Assembly: GCA_049999805.1 (NCBI GenBank)
Contig: JBNGIO010006191.1
Coordinates: 289,088 to 309,087 of the forward strand
Length of the DNA stretch: 20,000 nt
Source: Folioceros fuciformis
Taxonomy: Eukaryota
Direction: 5' to 3'
Shown here: positions 1-10,194 of the stretch, one piece after another
How the letters are laid out: each line of letters opens with the position of its first letter
How positions within the stretch are numbered: the stretch's first letter is position 1
The notes under the pieces: model-generated
The model's database searches: none
What the model was told of the DNA's origin: nothing
Seen by the model: the letters and a program-made list of their open reading frames with translations, nothing else
Program-made: the position numbers and the translations under genes

Positions 1-519
1 AGAAGCACATCGAGTGCTTGGCCAGCTCTCGGATCGTGGGCCCCACTGCGTAGTGCTGTGTGCACATCGACATACCAGGCCTACATCTATGTACAAACGT
101 ATATTCCAAGTTATGTTCCAACGCCTTTCAACAAGAGAGAACCGAAGACATCACATGGGAGGTGCTTTTTAAGTATTAGAGCTTTTTGATCTAGTCACTT
201 GGAGGTCACTTTGACTCTCTTTCGATCTAGGTTAGACTTAGCTAAGATGGATAAGTAAGTTTTTTTCAAAAGAAAGTCAGATTATGGCAATAGATTGCTG
301 CTATAAGAGTACACTAGAAGAGAGCATGAAGCTTGAGTTAGTTGACAAAATCAAGACCCTCTCTACATCGTGAGGAAGAAGAGTGATTATTTGCCTCTTC
401 CATAATTACTAGAAGATATAACGGAGAGGGAGAAGCCTAACCTCTCCATGGGAATGAGCAAATCCACTGAATGTTTGTCTTGTGGCTTTAGAATACTGAC
501 AAGCCTCCCATTCATTTAC

Positions 520-2110
520 TTAAACTTTCGTTTTGGGGAGTAACAAGTCACAGACCTTCAAGAGGTGAGTCCATATAATCCACAATACGGCGTTGGTGGA
601 CTCTAGTGCTTTCCCTCCATTGACCACTATTGTCAAATTAAGCCATAAACCATAGAGGTAGGAGCTCCACAACAAACCCCACCACTGATATCTGAACAAT
701 GACTTGCATGATGCTTCATCCAAGCCAAATAAGGCTACTTGCTCCATGACCACAATATTAGTTGCTTGAAAGACACTTTGCAGCCATCTCCCAACCTCCA
801 CCCAAATCACTTGAGTGTAATTACTCCAAAAAAAAACAAATGTTGGCTCTTGTGGGGTGGGTTGTTTGGGCACATCCTACAAAATTCCAACATAATCGGC
901 AACTCAAGGAAGGCGATGGTCACCAAACATAATTTCTCCCCTAACATTAGGCCATTCCTCCCCACCACCAGGCCATCTCACGGATTAGCATTCAACAAAC
1001 ATGCTCGGATGGAACACCATATCGTAATCTTGGTAATCTTGACCTTGGAGGGATTTGACAAACATGCTTGGAAGAAACACCATGTCGTAATCTTGACCTT
1101 GGGGGAATTTCACAAACATGCTTGGAAGAAACACCATATCTTAATCCTAACCTTGGGGGATGCCAATGGTTAACAAGACGAGATTGATAGTAAAGAGTTG
1201 TCGATTGCTTAGTAGCCTTAGCCGTGGGGCCATTGACATTCAATTACTGTCTTTCTACGATCAGATCAACTAGTAATAGTTGTCTATAGTGTTGAACGTG
1301 GGGCACCCTTGATCTTTTTTGGGCCGCCTAGGTCATCCGAGGAAGTCAAGCATAAAGGTCAACTCCTAATTCTCCACTAACCAACACCAACACCAAAGCA
1401 AGGCTTCGCTTGAGGGAGGTTGCAGATTGCATTGCTCCTCCTGAGTGGACCATCGCCTTGCTTGAGTTGTTGTTGTAAGTACCCAGAGGTCGAAGTGCTC
1501 CTCAACAGACCTCCTCATCCTCTCTACCAAATCCTTCCAAGGAGCTGGTCCATGAAACAACTCTATAAGACCTCAATACCCACTCTGTCCAACAACTCGA
1601 GAAGACCTCAATACCCATTGTTCACCATGAGTTGAAACATAGTATTTACGGTCTAACTTTGCGAGGGTCATCTATGGGCCTAGGACTTGCATAACTAGCT
1701 CAACAAGTTATACGAACCCTAGGCTCATATGCTCTTTTATACCTTGGTGATAATGGAAAACATGACATCTCGCACTGCGTCGTGCTTGGCAATCCGTTGA
1801 GCCCCACCCAAACAACGAACAAGATGAGTACCAAGAGTTGTCTAGAGGAGTGCCTCACAACCACAAGAGGAGAGAGAATAAGAATGTTTAAGATAGTAAT
1901 CTAAGAATTTTTCTTCCTTCTTCAAACAGCTCTTGCTCTTGAACTTGTGAGCTGACTATGTATGTACATTACATAGCTTTTTCGATCTTCAACTAACCAA
2001 TGAAATCTGATCTACAAAACTTGCTACTTGCAAGTAAGACACCTCGGGCTCGGAAGGTAGACCTCACCCTTTCCTAGGTGACCTCAGCCTTCCAAGACGA
2101 CCAACAAGCA
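520..2110 (-). mobile_element. Highly degenerate Ty3/gypsy-like LTR retrotransposon remnant (LTR-like segment, gag-like and protease-like fragments)
   Basis: Minus-strand order fits LTR-PBS-gag-protease. LTR-like AG/AT-rich segment ending ...ACA at 1839, then a PBS-like TGGTA (1833-1829). Frameshifted gag-like peptides at about 1440-1560 (PWKDLVERMR / GYLQQQLKQGDG). Protease-tail-like peptide TIVVNGGKALEST...HLLKVCDLLLP at about 520-640. Many stops and frameshifts; boundaries approximate. Confidence 0.4.
995..1160. repeat. Tandem repeat, 3 copies of a 54-bp unit (first copy has a 9-bp insertion)
   Basis: ACAAACATGCT...ACACCAT...TAATC...ACCTTGG units start at 995, 1058 and 1112. Confidence 0.9.
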
Positions 2111-2163
2111 CAATATCTATTCTAATATTAAATAGCTCCATATATGTACATGTGTCACCCACT

Positions 2164-2173
2164 GCCACGTGGC
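2164..2173. promoter_or_regulatory. Perfect palindromic G-box/ABRE-type element GCCACGTGGC
   Basis: Exact 10-bp palindrome about 1.3 kb upstream of the remorin ATG. Function not demonstrated. Confidence 0.3.
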
Positions 2174-3025
2174 CCGACATCCGTGCCTGTCTGATAAGAC
2201 ATGGCATGGCATGCTATTTCTACGCCGTCTTATGCGGCCTACTGCGTCAGCTGCCATCAGTCCACAGCAGGGACAATGTCCCACCAAGTTCGGAGTATGT
2301 GGGTCTCGTAGGTGCGTAGCGGCGATGTAGAAGAAACGGATCCATGGAGCCGAGCCAGCAATCCGTGGCTCGTGAGGTGTCGCCTGGCCCGAGGTAAGGA
2401 GCACAGCAGCGAAATAGCTGTCGATCTCCATCCGAGGACATCCAATGGGTCAGCTTGACTCCGTACCATTTACCAGGCTGACGACGTTTAATGAAGCTGT
2501 GGGGCCTTTATTACCGGGAGGGCAAGTCGGGTACGACGAGGCCTCGCTTCGTGTCCAGAGCATCTGGCTGAGAAAATTGATGGCAGGGGGGCTTCTGGAA
2601 AGCGAGAGAATTGGCAGCGCGGTCACGGGTGACGGGCGTCAGTCGTGACACTCTGTGGGAGACGACGATCATGATTAGTGGAGGCGTGAAAACGAACAGC
2701 ACGGAAGGAGTGAAATGGTGACACTCGAGGGGCGGACGAGAGCAGAGGAGAGTGGGGAGCATGGCCTGGGACAGACGAGAGGAGAGAACGTGGGCGGGAG
2801 ATGAAAACAAAGGGATATCCATTGAAAAATGTGCAACAGGGGAATGGAGAATTATGGCCATGTCAGAAGCCGCTTATCCAGAGAAGGCAGCGAAAGACGA
2901 ACGACAGGAAGGAAGGAAGGAAGATGAGTTGGGCCAGTGACAAGGCAGCACAGTTGTATGTAGATATGAAGGAAGGTTACCACAGACTTCAGTGTCCTGA
3001 CGGGGCCGCTACAGGACACACAGCT

Positions 3026-3088
3026 GCCTTGCCTTGTGTTGCTTTGCTTTGCCTTGCCTTGCCTTGCCTTGCCTTTCCTTTCCTTTCC
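3026..3088. repeat. Pentanucleotide microsatellite (GCCTT)n, imperfect
   Basis: GCCTT/GCTTT/TCCTT units seen directly, upstream of the remorin CDS. Confidence 0.9.
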
Positions 3089-3364
3089 TAGCCCTGTCCT
3101 GACCACATTCCGACTGTCTCGCGTGCTTGTTGCAGCCTGCCCGCAGCGTTCCCCGCCTTACTTTCCTCCAGCCGACAAGACGCGCTAGCCGGGCGACCCT
3201 GTCCGACCCCGACTCCCTCTCCCTTTTCCTCTCTGCACTCTCCCTCTCCCTCCCCCACTCCCTCTCCTCCCTGACTGGACGACCTGCCCTGCCGCCTCCA
3301 GCTGCGGCTCCTCGGCTCTTGCCTGGGTCTGGTTCGTCCGCAGCAGAAGGGAAAGCAGCCCCCT

Positions 3365-3413
3365 GCCCAGCCCAGCCCAGCCCAGCCCAGCCCAGCCCAG
3401 CCCAGCCCAGCCC
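3365..3413. repeat. Pentanucleotide microsatellite (GCCCA)n in the probable remorin 5' leader
   Basis: About 10 consecutive GCCCA units seen directly. Confidence 0.95.
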
Positions 3414-3489
3414 CTCGCTTCCCCTTGGAGGCCCTGCATTGGCATGGTGAAACGGCTGCTGCTCCCACTGCACCTCCTCAGAGTTTCCG

Positions 3490-3984
3490 ATGCCTGAGGC
3501 GGGTGCGGGACTGGACGCCCCGGAGGCGGACGCCGGGGCGGCGGGGGAGTTCGATTTTAGGACTGCAGCTCGCTTCGCAGGGGAAGGAAATACGATCGGG
3601 AACGGGGAGTGGTCGCCCTTGCACTCAAGAGCTCTGCCGGGGGCCGCCGGGAATGGAGCTCCTGGAGGGGATGCCAGGCTCAAGGCGCTCAAGGAAACGC
3701 AGAAGCAGCAGCAACAGCAGCAGCAGATGTGGAAGTGGCCTGTGTATCCTGGCACACCCGCCAGGAATTTCACGGCGTCGCAGTCGCAGCCGACCGCGGC
3801 GATGGCGGAGAAGCGGGCCTTCGGGGTGGAGGCGCTTCCTGGGACAAATGTGCCGCAGAGGTTCGGTACTGCGAAATTCAATATTGCCATCGCGGTTAAG
3901 CCGCCTCGCTCCAAGTGGGACGACGCGGAGAAGTGGCTGGTGAACACCGGAGCCGGGGATTCCCCTGCGCATCCTCATCCGCAA

Positions 3985-4022
<38 letters not shown>

Positions 4023-5220
4023 ACATCAGCAGCAGCTGCACCAGCAGCAGCACCTACCGCAGCAAAGCAAGCATCTGCGGGCAAGAGGAGGAGGCTCGTC
4101 CTCGATTGCGGAGAGCTCGGATGGCGAAACAGGATCCTCCCGCGCGATGGAGTTCGTGTTTCCCACGGCGGGTGCCCCCGCTGCGGGGGCTGGAGCTGGG
4201 GCTGGGGCTGGAGCTGGGGCTGTCCAGGCGGCCACCTCTCCACCTCCCAGGCACAAGCAGCTTCTGCAGCAGCCGCCCCGACGGAACGCGGGGACGGGGA
4301 TGTCCGGGAGGTTCTTCTCCGTAGACGATATACCGAGGAGGAGTGCGCGGCCGGCCTCGGAGCAGGAGGCGGAGGCGGAGGCGGGAGGTAGCACGGTGTG
4401 TGATACTGCGGAGGACGGGATCGGTAGCTCGATGGGAAGCGAGGCGTTCAAGGACAAATTCGCGGACCCCGTGGTGGAGCAGCAGCAGCCGCAGTCACCA
4501 CAGGCTCAGGAAGGCCAGACTGTGGTGTCGCACCGGGACATGGGAACGCAAATGACTCCCATTCCCAGCCAGCGGGCGTCCAGATGTGCCACACCGGGGC
4601 GGGCCAACTCGCCGTCCCGGCACAACACGCCGTCCCGGAGGTCCGCGTCGCTGGGATCCATCTGCTTGGACCTGATCGAGTTGCAGAGCTGTCATCTGGC
4701 CAAGCTGGAGCTGCGGCAGCTCTCGGAGGGCGTGGAGGGACCGGGGGCCGCCATGCTCGTTAATGGTCAGGGCACAGAGCACGGCAGCAGCAACTGGAGC
4801 ACCAAGGAGGAGGAGGAGGCGGAGAGCAGCAAGCGACTGCGCCAGATCGACCTGGCCGAGGTGCGCAAGAGCGTGATCGAGGCCCGCACTGCGGCGTGGC
4901 AGGAGGCCGAGCAGGCAAAGTACCTGGCCAGGTTCAAGCGGGAGGAGGTGAAAATTCAGGCGTGGGAGAATCACAAGCGGGCACAGGCGGAAGCCGAGAT
5001 GAAGCGCATCGAGGTGAAGCTGGAGAAGATGCGGTCCCATGCCAACGAGAAGGCCATGAACAGGCTCGTGTCCGCCCACAGAAAAGCCGAAGACATGCGC
5101 GCCATGGCTCAGGCCAAGCGTAGCGAGGCTGCTGCCAGAACCGTTGCTGGAGCCCAGCAAATTCGACAGACGGGCCGCATCCCGCATCGCCCTTCCTGCT
5201 TCTCCTCCTGTGCGTCCTGA
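3490..5220 (+). CDS. Remorin family protein, long N-terminus type (group 6-like), single exon, 576 aa
   Basis: Remorin_C-like coiled coil (RTAAWQEAEQAKYLARFKREEVKIQAWENHKRAQAEAEMKRIEVKLEKMRS...). Group-6-type motifs SKWDDAEKW and RDMGTQMTPxxSxxxSRCATP. Cys-containing C-terminal anchor (PSCFSSCAS). Disordered N-terminus with poly-Q and (AG)n tracts. Confidence 0.93.
3979..4050 (+). repeat. CAG/CAA poly-glutamine coding repeat in remorin
   Basis: Mixed CAG/CAA run encoding QQQQQQQQQQQQQQHQQQLHQQQ. A shorter run lies at about 3706-3726. Confidence 0.9.
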
Positions 5221-5733
5221 TCCTCTCCTGTGAAGTCTCCTTAACCCTTCGACCTCTTGTGAGTCCTGATACACTCTCCTCTGATGTTTTCTTAACCCTG
5301 CTGCCTACTTACTACCTGGGTTTTCTTTTCTGCTCAAGGATTGTTAGCAACTTTTCTGAAGTACATGAACCCTTCTGGTGCTGGCTGATTTTCCGCTCAA
5401 GGCTTTGCTGCTTTACTCATTTACTCGGCTTCAGTTGCTTGATGGCCGTAAATGCCCCAAGGAAAGCACGTCACAGAGCTGCGGACCTATGCTTACCCAA
5501 AAGCTATTTTAGAAGCTCGTAGAGTTTACGAGCTTCTAACCTGTCCAAAGCGTGCTTGCACGCATTTGCCCTAATTACTGCGTAGGCTACTTACAGCAGG
5601 GCATACTGGAGTTCCGCCTCCACTTCAAAACTGAGCTAGTCTTTTCGCGCCTTGTTGCACTGGATGACTTCGCTGCCTAGGATAGGAATCCTGACATACT
5701 ACTTCCCTCCGCAGCTCTGGCCGGTACTTCTTG

Positions 5734-7070
5734 TCAAGAGACGACTTTTTGCAGAAACTTGTCTGAGGAGCTCTCATTCTGTTCTTCCAGATCTTGAGCA
5801 GAAAGCAACTGCTTTACCTCTTCTTCTGTTACGGAGGCAGGGGGAGGCGGAGCAGGGCCTGACACAGTCTGCTGATACAGAACTCCTCCCAAAATACAGA
5901 CCAAAAGAGAGAGAATGCCCAAGGGGGACGCATGCTTGTTCCACATGAGCACGTTGATGACGACCGTGAGCAGCTTGTTTACTACTCCAACCACGGTGTA
6001 AGCAGTCGCTGAGATAGCCTTACGTGCCGAAAAGCCGAAGAAGGAGATACTCAGTCCAAAGACGCACGAGGCAAGCACAGGGAGAAGCACTCCTGGTGAC
6101 AGCCAGTTCGATTGCGACCACATGGTGAGTATCTCCCTTTCCTCTCCCATGACCAGTAGCGTGGGAGGGAAGAAAGCCTGCAGGCACATCACATGATTCG
6201 TGGTCAGTCGCACATACGAGCGGTGAGGCGTCATGGCATTCGTGATGGTGACGAGAAGGGTGTCAAAAATAAAAAGAGGCATAGGTGTGTACCAGAGCGA
6301 TAAGATTATTGTACAAAACTAAGCCCCACGTTTTGAGGCCCACCGTCATTACCACATGCTTGATATACACCATCTGCAGAAATAGTTGGCAAGCTGTAAC
6401 CGCGCAAGCGCTGAAAACGAGACTGGCATGTAGTAGGCGACAAACAAACACATCGGAGTAGAAGATACCTCGAATGTGATAGTGGCAAGGTAGGAGAAGG
6501 CCCAGAAGTAGGCAGTCACGGTGAACTGGGAGTCAGAGAGCACGTACGCAACTGCACCCGCCAGAATCACTAGCAAAGAGCCGAAGGTGCTCCGGGAGGG
6601 CCAAGGTCTGCCCATGAAGAAGGAGTCCGCTATGGCCACCATTAGAGGTGTTGAAGATCGAAACACGATAAACGTCTGTATTTGCAGAACAAGAAGCGGT
6701 GTGGTGAGCGCATCACCCTGACAAAGACAACGAGAAAACCTAGCAATGCCTGACACTGTGCATCTCATTGACGTACCTCGACGTTGGCGTGCTTCAACAA
6801 CTCTGTGTTGGTGAAGATGGCAATGTAGAAGACGGCGGCAGCAGGAAGAAACTTTTTGACCATCTCCCAGGTAATAGCATCGTGCTCCACCACCTTGAAC
6901 TTGCCCAGGATGAGCACCACCAGAGTGCAGGCAAGGTACTGCAGCGCCGTGAGCACGGCAGGGAAGGGGAACACAGTCACCGCATACTTGTTGATGATGG
7001 CTAGCATGCTGGAGCTGAAGGCATAGCCGAACACCACGGTTCCCACGGCTAGGAAATTCATTGTGCCCAT
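5734..7070 (-). CDS. Golgi nucleotide-sugar transporter, GONST3/GONST4 (GFT1, GDP-fucose transporter)-like; 4 exons: 7070-6777, 6675-6469, 6373-6293, 6177-5734; 341 aa
   Basis: Three GT-AG phase-0 introns (101, 95 and 115 nt) join a continuous protein with the family motifs INKYAV, LTALQY, KKFLPAAAVFYIAIFTNTELLKHANVE|TFIVFRS, YLATITFE|MVYIKH, WGLVLYNNL, SCVFGLSISFFGFSARKAISATAYTVVGVVNKLLTVVIN and GGVLYQQ. Confidence 0.93.
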
Positions 7071-7500
7071 CTTGCTCGTAAGCTATGCAATGCAGCAAGC
7101 TCCTCGAATCAAACCCGGTCTACCAAATTGAGGAGCACCGACGGGCTTCACACCACAGTCTCGAGCACGGCATCATCTTCAAGCTCTCCCCAGGATCAGC
7201 CGATCTTCCCCGCCGCCTCCACAAGTTCACGGAGGCCGCATTCAACCCCAGAGCTACACAATTCCCATCGAACGTCAGTGAGAAACCTATTTCACGATTC
7301 TGAGGCGCTGTGCGCCGGTGCCCGCGCGTACCAGCGTTCCAAAAATGGTGTGGGACGTGCTTCGCGTGGGACAAGGAGGGCAGGGTTCGAAGCATTCGTC
7401 AGATGTCCGCCGTTTCTCATTGGTCCGAACGTTGACTCAACCTTCTTCGAAGGATGCTCATGTCTCCGCGGCCGTTTCACGACTCGAACAAATATCTTGT

Positions 7501-7573
7501 GCATGATAAAGTGGTATACTGTAATTTTTAGCATGATAAAGTGGTATACTGTATTTTTTTGCGTGATAAAGTT
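7501..7573. repeat. 30-bp tandem repeat (about 2.4 copies) upstream of the transporter gene
   Basis: GCATGATAAAGTGGTATACTGTAWTTTTTW at 7501 and 7531; partial copy GCGTGATAAAGT at 7561. Confidence 0.9.
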
Positions 7574-7619
7574 GCAACCATCTTTTCCGTCTTTTTTCAA
7601 GATATCATCACCAGCTACA

Positions 7620-10194
7620 CACGCTGTCTACCGGTAAGACGCCAAGTGGTCCACAGGCAATACAGAAAAGAAAAGAAGCAAACCCGTGACACCACAAACC
7701 CGCCAAAAGCCGTCAATCGTGTAAGCAACTCTATAATATGTACAAAACAAAAGGCACCAAAACGACGCCAGCAAAGCCTACGGGAAGGTACTAACTGGGG
7801 TGGTCCGCACCGCCAGTCCAAGCACGAGATGCCTTTGATCCTTGTTACAAGCGAACCACCCGGACAAATACTTGGCACCGTCTCTACCTCTGTAAGCTGA
7901 AGGCATAGACGGTTCAGGTGCCAGACGGGTCTTGACACGCTACTGAACTGGAACATCAGCCTCTTCATATCCTTGTCGGCACGAGCCTGCACCAATAAAC
8001 AGCTCCGGCACATGGGCCGTCTGATGCGCGCCAGCATATGGCCACCTGACGCGAAGGCACGATCTGCAGTAAGCCTGGTTGAAAGGACCTGACCCCCAAC
8101 ATACACTACGCGCAGCAACTCTGGGTAACAAGCCGTCAAACTCTGCAACACAAAGTTAAATGAGTGGAGCGCCTGCAAGCGTCCGGTTGTGGCTTGTCCC
8201 ATTCAGTACCAGTCGTTGGCCAAATACCCGAAGGGAAGATACCCAGAGACCACTCTGAGAGCAAAGCTTAAACAAACCATAGCAAATGTCTAAAAAAATT
8301 AAGTGGCGACCAGCAACAGAACAGCAGGGTTAGCATGGACCGCACAACTCCGGAATGTAACAATTCCACGGCCAGGTGCATTGTCGCCAATAACATAGCC
8401 TACGCCTGCGGGAAAGTTCCGCTATCTCACAATCCCGTTCACAGATAACCTCCGTCGAAGACACAGCCACTTCAGCCACTCAGGGGAGCAGAGACCTGAA
8501 ACGGTGGGACTTGTGGCCCAAAACTGTCACAAACTTGTGCGTGGGCACACTCGTCCCAAAATTTGGACAACCCCCCAAACAAAACAATCTAAAACGAAAG
8601 GGTGTCAATCTGGACAGAAGAACAGGACCCCAAGTCATACAACGCCTTTTTAACCTCAAAAGCAACCTAATGGGCAATGCTGTGCCTTTCAAAAAAAAAA
8701 CTTGAGAGCAACCTGATAGACAACAGTATGCCTTTCAGAAAATTTTGAGCGTCCACAATTACCATTGAAGGCAGGGATCAGCAGGAAGAAACTGGAGGCC
8801 TTGATCTTGGCAGTGAACAGCCAGTCAACAGATCAGAGGGCCAGAGCAGAGGCTACTGGAAGGGAGAGGAGACGATTAGTTGGGAAGGGAGGAGAGAGCT
8901 TGAAAGACCAAAACAGAACTTCCGGTGTTAATCATAGACACACAGGTGTGAGGTTTGGTTAGCTCTTGAGTGACAACCAGCAATCAATACACATCACATG
9001 ACGGACCGCAACACATCCATGTCATCAAGGCTCATTCTCAAGCGAACTTCAAACCTTAGGGTGTATGACAAGACTCACAATAACAGTAAGAGCAAGACCA
9101 CCTATGCACAGTTCGACACGTACCAATGGAAAACCAGATATCCAATATGATAAGAGAAATCAGGATTACAAAGTGCGAAGATGCACGTATCAACTTAGTA
9201 CACAACCACGGACGAAAGAGACTCGTGCCGTACTGAACTGTGCAGTAGCTGTACTCCATCTACCACATGTCATTGGACCTGCAGGGAACTTCTTCAAGGC
9301 TCACTCTCATGACAGGCAGGAAGAATATACACGATGTGGCCAGAACGTAGGGTTACACATAAGTCTCCACAAGATTGCAACCAGTCTAAAGCCTAAGACA
9401 GACAGAATTTAGAGTTGCAAGGTGAGCTCCTCTTGTCCAAAGCCACTCTTTTGGCACACTTACACTCTCCAAAGGAAGGGAGCTATGGTTAAAAAAACAT
9501 GTGATATATGCACACGTTGTGCAAACGTGTTTTGTCATCCAAGAGCCACCTTTGCAAAGAAACAAGGTGACGAAGATCTGCTACTGGACTGAGAAGCAGG
9601 GATAACTTGTCAAGGCACAGAGTCCTTTCCTCAGAAATGTTACCAAAAAAGACAACTGCCAGACACAGTTCTCCTCCTTCTGTTCCATTTGTCTCCACTC
9701 ATTAGAAACCCAAATTAGTACGTCACGAACTCAAAGGCTCGAGCGATATCACACATCAATGGAGAAGGAAGCGACGGATCTGATCGGATAGGCGAGTATG
9801 CAAGAAAAGTGTCAAGAGCAAGAGAAGGCCCATTGTGACGGGTGACAAGATATGAGATCAGGACGGGTTTTGTGGCAGGACAGATGGCAGTTCTTGTACA
9901 AGAGGCACATCTACCCCACCACACAATAGAGATGTATACCCAAGAGAGAGAGAGAGTCCACGGGAGGCCAGAGGGGATAGAGACAGAAGGAACCAGAGGA
10001 AGCTGAAGTAATAAGTTTCCTGCACATTGGTTCACAACTCACCTAGCCTCCGGTAGGAAAGTGGGGCAGACTTACAGAGAGGTAGTAGTAATTAGGCGGT
10101 CCTGGTTGAGCTCCATAATCCACCCCCTTTCGTAACAAGTCATCGAGCAGACAGGCAGCAACCAATAAAGAGTTCCAAGGACGACATATCGGCT
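7620..10194 (-). other. Probable spliced non-coding transcript region (multi-intron 3' UTR of the Myb/SANT gene, or a separate lncRNA)
   Basis: Minus strand is T-rich, with strong donors (GTAAGT 10075, GTGAGT 10042, GTAAGT 9463, GTACGT 9123, GTAATT 8762) and pyrimidine-tract acceptors (10020, 9483, 9393, 8496, 8255, 8143, 7987). These give plausible 56-85 nt introns. No recognisable protein. Confidence 0.45.

Noticed and set aside
2117-3000. Short ORFs upstream of the remorin
   Set aside because: No recognisable motifs or consistent splice structure; treated as intergenic/promoter sequence.
3447-3481. 35-nt GT...AG segment after the upstream ATG at 3444 as an intron extending the remorin N-terminus
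   Set aside because: Too short, and removing it does not put ATG 3444 in the remorin frame.
3009-5274. Many long alternative-frame and antisense ORFs over the remorin (e.g. 3009-3947, 4495-5274)
   Set aside because: Shadows of GC-rich, repeat-rich coding sequence; translations are low-complexity and have no family motifs.
6349-7098. 249-aa minus-strand ORF
   Set aside because: Only its TFIVFRS...ITFE segment is real (transporter exon 2); the rest is out-of-frame exon 1 and intron sequence.
9424-9485. miR159/319-like words GAGCTCCTCTTGTCCAA and GAAGGGAGCT
   Set aside because: The arms pair only over a few bases, the spacing is far shorter than a miR159/319 precursor, and neither arm matches the mature sequence well.
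8960-9710. Possible intronic box C/D or H/ACA snoRNAs in the spliced tail
   Set aside because: No canonical RTGATGA...CTGA pair with a terminal stem. TTGATGA near 9025 lacks a D box, and the 9630-9705 candidate has a non-canonical C box. An Infernal scan would be needed.
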